From an uncultured virus (IMG/VR IMGVR_UViG_3300042350_005891) (taxonomy: Duplodnaviria > Heunggongvirae > Uroviricota > Caudoviricetes), in the IMG/VR virus record IMGVR_UViG_3300042350_005891: 64,000 nt of DNA; one strand, written 5' to 3'. The first letter of the stretch is position 1, and the number at the start of each line of letters is the position of its first letter. This document shows positions 29,083 through 39,100 of this stretch, in pieces. Made by a program: the position numbers and the translations under genes. A model generated the notes under the pieces. The model searched no databases and was not told the origin of the DNA. It saw only the letters and a list, made by a program, of their open reading frames with translations.

Positions 29083-31017
29083 ATGATCAAAGACCCAAAT
29101 CGTCTTGTAGAGGGAATCACCTCCTTTATCGGGGGTGCAAATTCCAGCGTTGACCCGGCTCTTCTGCCCGAGAATCAATACTCCTGGGGCGTCAACATAA
29201 GAATCCGCGGAGGTTACCCGCGCACCCGGCCAGGGTTCAAGTTCATCAAGGCGATCCCTAACGGGGTTGTCCAGGGTGCTTCGTATTTCAAGACGCAGTC
29301 AGACGAAAAGGTCGTGAGCATGATCAACGGGAGACTTTACGATCTCCAGCCGACCAACGCCTCTGCCGCCGTGTTGGACGTGACTCCCGCTGGCGAAACT
29401 GACAATATCGTCACCAGGCGGGCGTCTCTGGTGGCCGCAAACGATTTTCTCGTGGTCCAGGATGGCGTCAGTTCCCCGATTGTTTACACCGGCTCAAGCT
29501 CTTTTAGGTCCAGGAATATCCTTAACGAGATCGACTCGGTAATCACGTTGGACGGAACCATGGGGGCGAACAACCCCAGGATTAACGTGACCTCGACCGC
29601 AGGGTTGTTTCCCGGAATGCTGGTGCAGGCCGCTCGCGGGATTCCCGCAAACACGGTGATCGTTTCCGTGGATTCGTCCACCGAGCTTACGCTCAGCAAA
29701 TCCTGCACCCTGACGGCGCTGGCCTCGATGAAATTTTATTACCCCGGTCCGCTCCAGCTGGACGTGTCGATCCCCGTCGGTGACATCATGGCTTTCGGGA
29801 ACGGTCGGCTTTGGGTCGCCAACAAAAACCAGCTTTTTGCCGGCGATCTGGCCGGGAGTTATGCTGGCTCTGAAATCCGTTTCTCCGAAACGCAATACCT
29901 GACCGGCGGCGGGAGCTTCTCGTTCAGCGACGACATTACCGGCCTGGCTTTCCTTCCCGGCTCCGACACATCGACCGGGCAGGGCGACCTTGTTGTGTTC
30001 ACCCGCAACGACATCAATGCCGTCAAAGCCTACGTGTTTGACCGCAATAAGTGGCAGTCCACCGACGGAATGCAACGCCGGCTGTTCCTTGGTGGCGGGG
30101 CGGAAAGCCCGGATGCAATGATTCTCACGAACAACGATATCTTTTTCCGTTCGCTGGATGGCGTCCGCTCTTTGATCCAGACAGTCCAGGAAGCCAAGCA
30201 CGGGACGGTCAGCCTGGCCGACAGCATCGAGGCGAACCGGGTCATCAAATACGACACGGAAAGATGGATACGATATTCCCCGGCGGCGTACTTCGACAAC
30301 CGGGCCCTGCATGGCTGTGCCCCAAAAGTGCAGAAAGTAGCCGGTGATCCGACTTCCTACAACGTGGTCTTCACCAAACTGGTGACGCAAGATTTCAACC
30401 CCGGTGTTTACCAAGGCAATTACCCGCCGGTTTACGACGGGGAATGGACCGGCCTTCAGATTTGCAAGCTCACCGTCGGTGTTTTCGACGGGGAAAAAAG
30501 GTGCTTTGCGATCGTGTGCGGTTCCGACGGCAACAACGCAATCTACGAGGTGACGCTGGACGATTACTACGACACGATCCCTGACGGCGTAGGCGGGACG
30601 ACTTCCCTCGACATTTCTTCCTCGGTTGAGTTTCGCCGGATGAACCTTGGCGTTCCGTTCGAGATCAAGGAACTTTACCGGGCTGACATAAGTCTTTCCG
30701 ATGTTTACGGAACGGTCTCGTGGTCCTTGGATTTCGCACCGGATTATTATCCGACTTTCCTTCCGGTTCAGTCCGGCAGCGTGAATTTTGACACCGAGAC
30801 AGCCTCAATTGCAACTTGCTCCCCGCCCGAACTGGCGCTGGGTTACGCCAACATCAGGACAGTAAAGCCTTCAGACTCTTGCGTGACCGGCGTTGGCCGG
30901 AAAGCAAGATTCGGATATTTGTTCCAGCCGAAGATGTCTTGGACCGGCCACGCCAGACTTGCCCTCTTTCGCATGCATGCCTTGAGGAAGGACGCCAGCG
31001 ACTTGGGAGAGTGTTGA
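29083..31017 (+). CDS. Tail hub, nozzle or stabilization-type protein
   Basis: 644 aa, beta-rich; N-terminal FIGGANS..DPALLPENQ typical of podoviral tail stabilization proteins. Confidence 0.55.
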   Translation: MIKDPNRLVEGITSFIGGANSSVDPALLPENQYSWGVNIRIRGGYPRTRPGFKFIKAIPNGVVQGASYFKTQSDEKVVSMINGRLYDLQPTNASAAVLDVTPAGETDNIVTRRASLVAANDFLVVQDGVSSPIVYTGSSSFRSRNILNEIDSVITLDGTMGANNPRINVTSTAGLFPGMLVQAARGIPANTVIVSVDSSTELTLSKSCTLTALASMKFYYPGPLQLDVSIPVGDIMAFGNGRLWVANKNQLFAGDLAGSYAGSEIRFSETQYLTGGGSFSFSDDITGLAFLPGSDTSTGQGDLVVFTRNDINAVKAYVFDRNKWQSTDGMQRRLFLGGGAESPDAMILTNNDIFFRSLDGVRSLIQTVQEAKHGTVSLADSIEANRVIKYDTERWIRYSPAAYFDNRALHGCAPKVQKVAGDPTSYNVVFTKLVTQDFNPGVYQGNYPPVYDGEWTGLQICKLTVGVFDGEKRCFAIVCGSDGNNAIYEVTLDDYYDTIPDGVGGTTSLDISSSVEFRRMNLGVPFEIKELYRADISLSDVYGTVSWSLDFAPDYYPTFLPVQSGSVNFDTETASIATCSPPELALGYANIRTVKPSDSCVTGVGRKARFGYLFQPKMSWTGHARLALFRMHALRKDASDLGEC

Positions 31018-31018
31018 T

Positions 31019-31726
31019 ATGGCCGACCGGATCGAGTACCAGGGAGTTCCGCTTCCCTCCGGTTTGCCGGGTTTTGGCGGTGGCACTGTCCAGACTCTAA
31101 TTCTGCCGGGGTTCAACACGGTTGTCGCCCCGCTTAAATTCGGACCGGTGGTTGACGCGGTCGATGCAATCCCGCCCGACCCCACTCCACCTCCGGGCAG
31201 TAACCCCAATGACCCGACAGACGAGGTTATCGAGCCAGGTCCAGCACCCGGTCCTTTTAATACGCCAATTCCTTCTTTCTGCGAGGAGTGCGCTCCACCG
31301 ACTTTTGTGCCTGACGCCCAGCCATTGTTTTACGGATTTAAAACACAAAGTACCTGTGTAAACTGCAATGGAAAAGAAATACCCATCGAGTATTTTGCCC
31401 CGCGCCAGACGATCAATAATAATTCTGAGTTCATTTATTATAACGCCCCAGATGCTATCGGGTACACCGGGCCAAACCAAGCCAAATGGTATTTGCAAAG
31501 ATCAGGAATCGACGGTGGAGAAGAACAAAATTATAGGACTTGGACATTAACAAAAGACAGGGTTAAGGGAATTGATGCCGTAGGGACTACTTGGGAGCTT
31601 AGCTTAGACGGTGTACGTACTTTAGATGCCGACGGGATAGAAAGATTGTTCACCCCAATGAAGCTTGACATTTGCAATAACGGCGAAACCAAAACCATCC
31701 ACATCCTGGCCTATCAGGAACCTTGA
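31019..31726 (+). CDS. Hypothetical Pro-rich protein with CxxC pairs
   Basis: ORF in the tail module. Confidence 0.6.
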   Translation: MADRIEYQGVPLPSGLPGFGGGTVQTLILPGFNTVVAPLKFGPVVDAVDAIPPDPTPPPGSNPNDPTDEVIEPGPAPGPFNTPIPSFCEECAPPTFVPDAQPLFYGFKTQSTCVNCNGKEIPIEYFAPRQTINNNSEFIYYNAPDAIGYTGPNQAKWYLQRSGIDGGEEQNYRTWTLTKDRVKGIDAVGTTWELSLDGVRTLDADGIERLFTPMKLDICNNGETKTIHILAYQEP

Positions 31727-31750
31727 CTTTAAAACCTTTACATATACCCT
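31723..31750 (+). promoter_or_regulatory. sigma70-type promoter
   Basis: TTGACT-16-TACCCT. Confidence 0.6.
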
Positions 31751-31761
31751 GACTTAATTCT

Positions 31762-32211
31762 ATGGCTGAATACCCAATCACAGTTGTTTCGGTGTCTTCC
31801 TCGGCCTGTTATCCGTCTACGCCTCAACAACTTTTAACAAGCCTGGCCGAGTATATTACGGTCAGAATCGACGACGAAAAGCAGACTTATATTGTAAGCG
31901 CCACCGCCCCCGATGCCGGTAACCAGGACAAACCCTGGTTCCAAACCTACTCATCGGTAAGCGGTTATGGGTTGCCCAAAGTTGTTCGTTTGTATTCAAA
32001 CGGAGCCTGGAAAGAGTTCGCACAGCTTCAGCAGGGTGATCTTGCGCTGGTGGACGCCAACGCAACCGTAAACGCCCCTTGGGGCGAGAACGGATTTACC
32101 TATGCTTTCGGGGATACCGGGCTTCCGACCTATGCCCCGGCGGTTCCGCCAACCGCCCCCGATGGGTACAAATACAAAGCTTATGTGGGCTATTGGACCA
32201 CTAAGTCCTGA
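31762..32211 (+). CDS. Tail-associated protein, paralog A
   Basis: Aligns end-to-end with 32251-32676. Confidence 0.7.
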   Translation: MAEYPITVVSVSSSACYPSTPQQLLTSLAEYITVRIDDEKQTYIVSATAPDAGNQDKPWFQTYSSVSGYGLPKVVRLYSNGAWKEFAQLQQGDLALVDANATVNAPWGENGFTYAFGDTGLPTYAPAVPPTAPDGYKYKAYVGYWTTKS

Positions 32212-32213
32212 TG

Positions 32214-32241
32214 TTGACACAAAATCCTAAGCCGTTAATCT
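32214..32241 (+). promoter_or_regulatory. sigma70-type promoter
   Basis: TTGACA-16-TAATCT. Confidence 0.7.
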
Positions 32242-32250
32242 AAAGAAGCT

Positions 32251-32676
32251 ATGGCTGTTTATAACCTTAGTGCCGGAACTCTTCCCGCCAACACTGGATA
32301 CCCGGCAAACATTCAGGCCCTGTTAAATCTTTTTCAGTCCTATCTGACCGTTATTTCCGACGATTCGCTGAACACGATCGTCATTTCCAGCACAACCCCC
32401 AAGTCCGAGGACAATACCAAAATCTGGTTTCAGACCACTTCCGATGTGGTTCCCGATCCGCAGTCGATCAAGATTTATTCGGATGGCAAATGGCAGGAGT
32501 TCACTCCCTTTTCTTTTGGCGACATGATCCTGACCGACGCCAATGCGGTGATTACTTCCCCTTGGGGAATTGGAAACACCACCTACGTGGTGGAGGGAAT
32601 CAGCAAACTGACGCCCACAACTCCCCCCGCTCCCGCTGGCGCTCAATACAAAGTCTACGTGGGGTACTACGAATGA
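32251..32676 (+). CDS. Tail-associated protein, paralog B
   Basis: Shares WFQT, YSxGxWxEF, DANA, PWG and YKxYVGY with paralog A. Confidence 0.7.
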   Translation: MAVYNLSAGTLPANTGYPANIQALLNLFQSYLTVISDDSLNTIVISSTTPKSEDNTKIWFQTTSDVVPDPQSIKIYSDGKWQEFTPFSFGDMILTDANAVITSPWGIGNTTYVVEGISKLTPTTPPAPAGAQYKVYVGYYE

Positions 32677-33635
32677 TCCGGCGCACCTACGGCTCGGTCA
32701 AGGATCAACTCGCCCGTGTGACCCAAAACGGGATGTGTGCGACCGACCCTCAGCTTTTGGCCCGCACCAACGAAGCCCAGGAGCGTCTGCTTAACAAGGG
32801 GCTTTACGCCGGAACCTACGGGCGTTATTCGGTCTGCGTTTACGGCGGATGCATCACGCTCCCCCGTGAGTTTGAATCCATCATCGGTTACAACTTTGGA
32901 TCGATTCCCGGTCAGGTTTACAATCAATGGTATGAGTTCATGGAGAACGGGCCTGGAATCGCACCGGCTGGGGATTGGAAACGGCTGATCGACCGCGGTT
33001 ACGCCCCCACATTCCGTTCGCTGGAATCCCAAAAGTACATCAAGGTTTATACGGATTTGGTCGAGGACTCCACCGCCACCATTTTATTCAGGGGTTCCGA
33101 TAGCCTGAACAACCGGGTTCAGACACAGGAAAACGACCAGTATATCGACGGCGAAAGACTCAGCCTGCAAACCTCGCCGGTAACCACTTCCTCTGCTTTC
33201 CGCGATGTGGACGCCATCAACAAAACCGTGACCAAAGGCTGGGTCCGCGTTTACGCGGTCGATCCGGTGACCAATGCGGAGTCCTGCATCGCGATCCTTG
33301 CCCCCGACGAAACGTTGCCCATGTATCGTCGTTACGCGATTCCCGGGTTTGAGAACCAGGAAGGTTCCGTTGTGACCGTACTCGCCAAGCGCAAGTTTAT
33401 TCCCGTCAGGTCCGACGATGATGATTTGATTGTCACCAACCTTGGTGCTTTGAAGATGATGGCGATCGCCATCGAAAAAGAAGAAAACAACAACCTGGAC
33501 GAAGCCGAGAAGTACGAGGCTAAAGCCCTTGAACTTCTGCGCGAGGAACTCCGCGAGGTGCAGGGTTCCGCGCTCGGTCGTCCCCAGGTCCAAATGGACA
33601 TGTTTGCAATGGGGGAAATCCCCAACATGGCATAA
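32673..33635 (+). CDS. Putative head-tail adaptor or tail tubular A-like protein
   Basis: ATGA overlap; NEAQERL...ITLPREF pattern; helical C-terminus. Confidence 0.55.
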   Translation: MIRRTYGSVKDQLARVTQNGMCATDPQLLARTNEAQERLLNKGLYAGTYGRYSVCVYGGCITLPREFESIIGYNFGSIPGQVYNQWYEFMENGPGIAPAGDWKRLIDRGYAPTFRSLESQKYIKVYTDLVEDSTATILFRGSDSLNNRVQTQENDQYIDGERLSLQTSPVTTSSAFRDVDAINKTVTKGWVRVYAVDPVTNAESCIAILAPDETLPMYRRYAIPGFENQEGSVVTVLAKRKFIPVRSDDDDLIVTNLGALKMMAIAIEKEENNNLDEAEKYEAKALELLREELREVQGSALGRPQVQMDMFAMGEIPNMA

Positions 33636-33638
33636 TTT

Positions 33639-34616
33639 ATGGCGAACGGATTTTCACCTTTCATGCCGACTTCCGGCAACATGGTAAGCAGTTTCCTCGG
33701 GGGGAACCAACCCTCTTACGATCCTTTTGCCGGCAGTTCGTTGGGCCGCGGTTTTGGTCAGGGGTTTGCAAGCAATCTTCCCGACTACAGCAGTGTATTC
33801 GCCAGTGCCGCCGGCAGGCCGTCTTCCGGTTCGCGTACGACCGGCGGTGCGCTTGCCGGTTTTGAACCACTCGGAATCCCGAAACCCTCCGACCGTTCCG
33901 GCGGCAAGTGGTCTTCCCGTCCCGCCTCCTCCAGACCTTCCTATGGCGGTGGAATAGCTGGCGGCGCCTTTACCCCGCAACCGATCGAGTTCAGTCTCGG
34001 ACCGGCTCCGACTTTGCAAGAGTTGCAGGTTGATTACGAGACACTCGGTCGTAGGGCCATGGAAGCCAACGCTCCGTTTGCCCAGCAGTACCGCCAGTTT
34101 GCCCCGCAAACCGAAGCCGGCACCCGTGCGCTTTCACAGGCCGGGGCAACAATGGCCGCGGGAGTCCTCCCTCGGGATGTGACCGGTCAAGTCGGTCGTT
34201 CCGCCGCCGCACTCGGTTTTCAAACCGGTCTCGGTGGTCGTAGCGGAATCGGAAGAAATATTCTTCCCCGCGATTTGGCTTTGACCTCGCTTCAGGTTCA
34301 ACAACAAGGTGCCGACCTTCTCGGCAAATCATCTCAGTTGGCACAACAAGCCATGCAAGCCATGGCCCCGATCGCACCTCAACAGGTATTCCAGACGGCG
34401 TTCGGTCAGGCCCAGTACAATCGAGAACTGGCGAATCAGAATCTCCTTAACGCTTGGTTGTCGCGTCCGCTACCCGGTCAGTTTGACGTTACCCGAGGTC
34501 AATATGTTGGGTTCCAACCCGGAACCTACGCGACCACAAGGCCGACACCTCCGGGAGCCCGTATGCCTTATTCATGGTCCGGCGGTCTAGCTTCCAGTCC
34601 CCTTTTCGGAGCATAA
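33639..34616 (+). CDS. Putative internal virion (ejection) protein
   Basis: Gly/Ala/Gln-rich; precedes the large internal proteins. Confidence 0.55.
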   Translation: MANGFSPFMPTSGNMVSSFLGGNQPSYDPFAGSSLGRGFGQGFASNLPDYSSVFASAAGRPSSGSRTTGGALAGFEPLGIPKPSDRSGGKWSSRPASSRPSYGGGIAGGAFTPQPIEFSLGPAPTLQELQVDYETLGRRAMEANAPFAQQYRQFAPQTEAGTRALSQAGATMAAGVLPRDVTGQVGRSAAALGFQTGLGGRSGIGRNILPRDLALTSLQVQQQGADLLGKSSQLAQQAMQAMAPIAPQQVFQTAFGQAQYNRELANQNLLNAWLSRPLPGQFDVTRGQYVGFQPGTYATTRPTPPGARMPYSWSGGLASSPLFGA

Positions 34617-34619
34617 GCC

Positions 34620-36128
34620 ATGGCCGCACCCGATTACGTAAGCCAGGTTCGCGGGGTCATCAATGACCTCCGCCAGAATTATCTGCAAAAGCAACAGTTG
34701 TTCCAGCAACAGGAACAAGCCAACGCAAATCTGGCCCTGAATTACGCCCAGCTTTCGGCCCAGCAGGATAACGCCGACCGGCAGGCCAACATCCAGTCGG
34801 CCCAGCTTGAAGCCAAAAAGATCGACGACCTCCGTCAACTTCAGAAAGACCAGTTCGCCATCGACCGGGCCCTCGCCTCGGATCAACTCGCACGGGAAAG
34901 ACTCAGCTTCGATCAGCAAAGAGAACTATCCGATCTGCAAAAACAACGCTCGATTGAAGAGCGTGATACGCTGGCAAACTCGTTGGAAAACAAATTCCGG
35001 ATCGCGTATGAAAAGAACGACCCCCGCGAATTGTCGAGCGTTATGGACGAGATCGGAAACTCCAATCTTCAAAGCGCACAACGCACCGCGCTGTTCAACA
35101 ATGTGTACAAGGGCATCGAGACCAAACGGCAACTGGAGCAGGAGGAAAACAATTTAAGAACAGCCCCCGACGCCCGGAGGATCTCCGATGAACTCAATCG
35201 CCTCGACCCGAGACAGTTCACCCCGGACCAGTACAACCAAAAGATTTCCGAGCTTGAGGACAGATTCCGTTCCCTGAACAACACCGACGAACGGGTTAAC
35301 TCCGCTTTCCTTAAGATTCAAATGGATGCAGTTGATAAAGGAGCAAAGTACCGGGAAGGGGAAATCGGCGCCATGATTAATTCTTTGGTGGATAGAGGTG
35401 AGCAAGGCCGATTGGAACCCACTTATCAAAAAGCCTATAACGAACTAAAAGCCAAGCCGGAAAATTATACAGCCAAAGCTTTGCAGGGGCTTGTTTTCCA
35501 ACGCAACAAGGAAGCATCCATCGCCGAGTTGAAAAGAATAAATGAATACCTGGGCAGGACAGCCCAAAATCTTGTGCTTCAAAACCCTGGACTAGCCGTC
35601 GTCAAACAAGACCCAATTACCGGGGAATCCTACCGTACTTTTACTTATGAACCGCCAGATCTAACTCCTGTTGAAGGTTATAACGGCACAATCGATCCCG
35701 ACACTGGGGTAATAACGAAAGCTGCTTTGGACCAAGCCAAAAAATGGGAGGACGAGGTAAGGTCTCCTACTTTCCTGACGGGCCAGGTTCCGTTTATGCG
35801 TACGTTCCAACAGCAACAGGCCGCGGTTCCCCCGGCCCCTCCTTCCAAGGAGACAGCCGCTCTTCCGTTCCGTCCTACCCCCAGCCGGTTTGAAACTGTC
35901 CAAACCGCAGGGACAGCCGTGCTTCCCACCGCGCCTCTTGCTCCGGCTGGTACAAGGGTCTCACAACGGACGATTGACGAGGCTGTCGCCGCCTACAACG
36001 CCAACCCTAACGGGGTTTATTCTGGCCGGCCCGTCCGTGATGTGATCGCAAAACTTCAGTCCATGAACGTGCCCCTCCCAGGACTGCGCGGCGGGGCAAT
36101 CGTACAGGGACAGGAACAAAAGCGTTGA
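34620..36128 (+). CDS. Putative internal virion (ejection) protein
   Basis: Gln-rich coiled coil. Confidence 0.55.
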   Translation: MAAPDYVSQVRGVINDLRQNYLQKQQLFQQQEQANANLALNYAQLSAQQDNADRQANIQSAQLEAKKIDDLRQLQKDQFAIDRALASDQLARERLSFDQQRELSDLQKQRSIEERDTLANSLENKFRIAYEKNDPRELSSVMDEIGNSNLQSAQRTALFNNVYKGIETKRQLEQEENNLRTAPDARRISDELNRLDPRQFTPDQYNQKISELEDRFRSLNNTDERVNSAFLKIQMDAVDKGAKYREGEIGAMINSLVDRGEQGRLEPTYQKAYNELKAKPENYTAKALQGLVFQRNKEASIAELKRINEYLGRTAQNLVLQNPGLAVVKQDPITGESYRTFTYEPPDLTPVEGYNGTIDPDTGVITKAALDQAKKWEDEVRSPTFLTGQVPFMRTFQQQQAAVPPAPPSKETAALPFRPTPSRFETVQTAGTAVLPTAPLAPAGTRVSQRTIDEAVAAYNANPNGVYSGRPVRDVIAKLQSMNVPLPGLRGGAIVQGQEQKR

Positions 36129-36163
36129 CCTGGGCGGGTCAATCCGCTTGAATAGTAAGGGTT

Positions 36164-39100
36164 ATGGCCGATCCAATTAATCCTCAGGAAGATCAGGCTG
36201 TAGAAACGCAGGCCCAAACCAATCCTGAAATCGAGGGTCTTTTCCAGGAACAAGCTGCCCTTACTCCCCAGCAGGAGATAGACTCACTTTTTGCCGGCCC
36301 TGAGTCCGGTTTGGCCCAGGCCCAAAACCTTATCCAGCTTCGCGACGACCCGCAGGCCCTGGACTTTTTCCTCGGCACCGCCGAGCGTTTCCGCAAGGGC
36401 CAGCTTCCTTTTAACCAGCAGTCCTGGGAAGACGCACAGGCCAATGTCCAGCGTTACCAGGAAGAGACTTTGCCCAAGCTCAATGAAGCCCAGCAAAAAG
36501 GCAACTGGTCTGACATGGCAAAGATCGGGATTGGAGGGGTCGGGAAGGTTCTGGGCGCATACATTCAATCCGGATTCGGGGCGACCAATGAGGAGATGGA
36601 GAAAGCCCAGCAAAGCCTCGCCGCACGTAACTTTATCGGAACCATCTCGGACCCCAAGGAAGCCGCCCGAGCGCTTGAGCTTGCGGCCATTTACTCCGAC
36701 GAACTGGACGCCAAAAAGTCGATAGTTCCGGAAGGACAGAAACCGGCGATGGCGTTCGGCACCGGGCCGATGACCGCCAAGCTCGGGATGAATCTTGCCC
36801 AAGCCGAGGAATATCTCCGCGATCTGGAAAGCGACAGGACCAAGAAACTGGGAACCGCCGGTCTTCGCAACTTCGCCATGCAGTCCGGCGACGCATTCCT
36901 TCCGTTCGTCAGCATCGGTGACGTTATCATTGATAACGAAAACGATCCCGACCAGGTCGCCCGTCGCGCCGCCCTTACCAACAAGATCAACGATGTGATC
37001 CAAAAGGATTACGGAGTCTCGACCCTTGCCGGAGCCGCTGCCGGATCGGTGGGTTCCTTTATCGGGGTCGGTGCCGCGGCCACCAAACTTCTCGGCCAGG
37101 CCGGGAAACTTGCCGACGCCACGATCAAAACCCCCACGCTTCTTTCCCGCGGTGCCACTTACGCCACGATCGGTGCCTCGCAATCCTTCGAGGGTGATCC
37201 CCGCAATCTTTCTTTCGGCCAGCGTCTGGCCTCGATCTTTAGCGAATCCGCGATTCTTGGACTGGCTGAAGGCTTGGGCAACAAGCTGGAAAACTCGGTC
37301 GACAATGCCATGTCCAATTACCTTGTGGCCTCGGCCCTTGGCAAGGAGCTTCCCGAGTTTGCTCCGGTAATCAGCAGTGCTTCGAAGATTCTTGGGACAA
37401 CCCTGGGTGAAACTGCCTCGGAAGAAATTGAAGCGGTCCTTCGCGGACAAGATCCGGTGGAACCATTCCTGCAAAACCTTGGCGTGTCGTTCGGTGTCGG
37501 TTTGGGTATGGCCGTTCCTGGAATGACCGGCGCGGCTCTGGCCGCACGCCGGGCAAAGATTTACCAGAAGGCGAACAATGACTTCACCAAGATCATGGAA
37601 AGCGTGGTCAACAATATCAAGGCTGACCCGAATCTTTCCGAGGCCGACAAACAGAATGAGTACAATCAGCTTCGCCAAAAGTTTAATACTCCCCAGGCGC
37701 TGAACATTATTGACGCAACCATCGTAGGCGCTTCGCTCGACGCAACCACGTCACCTGAATCCAAGAAGGTGGTGGACGAAACGATCGAGGCGAACAAGCA
37801 AGACGCGGTCGAATCTCTCCTGGCTAAAAAAGTTGCCGAAGCCAAGGGAGTTCCCCCGGCTCCGGCCCAGCCCGAAGTTTTAGGCACGATCACCGGTCCC
37901 GTGGATGAAGCGCAGGCGGAGGAAGCTTTCGCGGAAGTCGTCGGGATGTTCGAACAGGGTGCCAATAATATTCCGATCGAAAATACTCCAGGCAACGAAG
38001 CCAAGATCAAATGGCTTGAGGGTCAGGGTAGGATTGTCGGGGAGTTCAGCCCGGACAACAAAACCTACATAATTAAAAATGTAAAGGACATCGGGGGCAA
38101 CTGGCTCCGTGGTGAACCTCCGAGTGAGTACGATGCCGATTTCAAGGATCAGCTTATCCAAATGGCCGAAGATGCCGGACTCGAGCAGCAACTCATTGAT
38201 CAGATGTACGATGAATTGTTTGGAGAAGCCGCGGATGAAGAAGCCGTTAAACGTATATCTGAATTTTATTTGGGGCCCGATGCATATGATCTTGCAAGGG
38301 AAGCGGATCTTAATGTTCGCCAGGAAAACGTTGATCAGGAAGCCCAGGTTGAACTTAGAATCAAAAGCTACAATCAACGCATCGACGACCTGCAAAAGAA
38401 GCTAAAAGAAGCCCTGCCTGAAGACAGGGCTGAGCTGGAGGGAGTTATTGCCCAGCTTGTTCAGGCGCGTGATCTGGAGCTTGGAGAGAGGGCACAACGC
38501 GGGGAACTATCCGTCGCGGCCTTGGTGAAAAAATATGAGGGGGAAGTTGACAAGGAGTTAGACGAAGAAGAGAAGGAACGCAAACGTTCCGGTCGCCTTG
38601 CTCCGGAGCTTGAACAAAGACCAGAAGTTATATTGCCGATCAATAATCCGGATTCCGACAGGTATGCCAAGGCCAATAAGTACAATGAGCCAGACCCACG
38701 CGAGAATGATATTAACGCCCTGGATCGGGTTTTCAATCTAAAACGTCCGGAGACAGTTAAATTACTACAGAGTCTTGGGGCCTTGGACGAAAACCTACGC
38801 CCTTTGATGACTCCCGCAGAAGTCGCTCAGGCTTTCATTGACAGAAAACAAAGCTACCTGCGTGGAAAAGCTTTGTCCGGTTACCAAGGTTTCAACATTG
38901 CCGACGAAGTTTCCGATGCGTTCATCAAGGAGTTTCAATACGCCATCCGAACCGGAGTCCCTGTTATTTCCCTAAGCACTCTTTTCAACAGTCGGCTCCG
39001 CGATTTCATCCGCCTTGCCCGTCCGCGGATGCGTGCCGGTGTTGGGCTTGGCATGGCGGTTGACTTTGACAAACCGGGTATCCGGGTTGGACGCGTCAAC

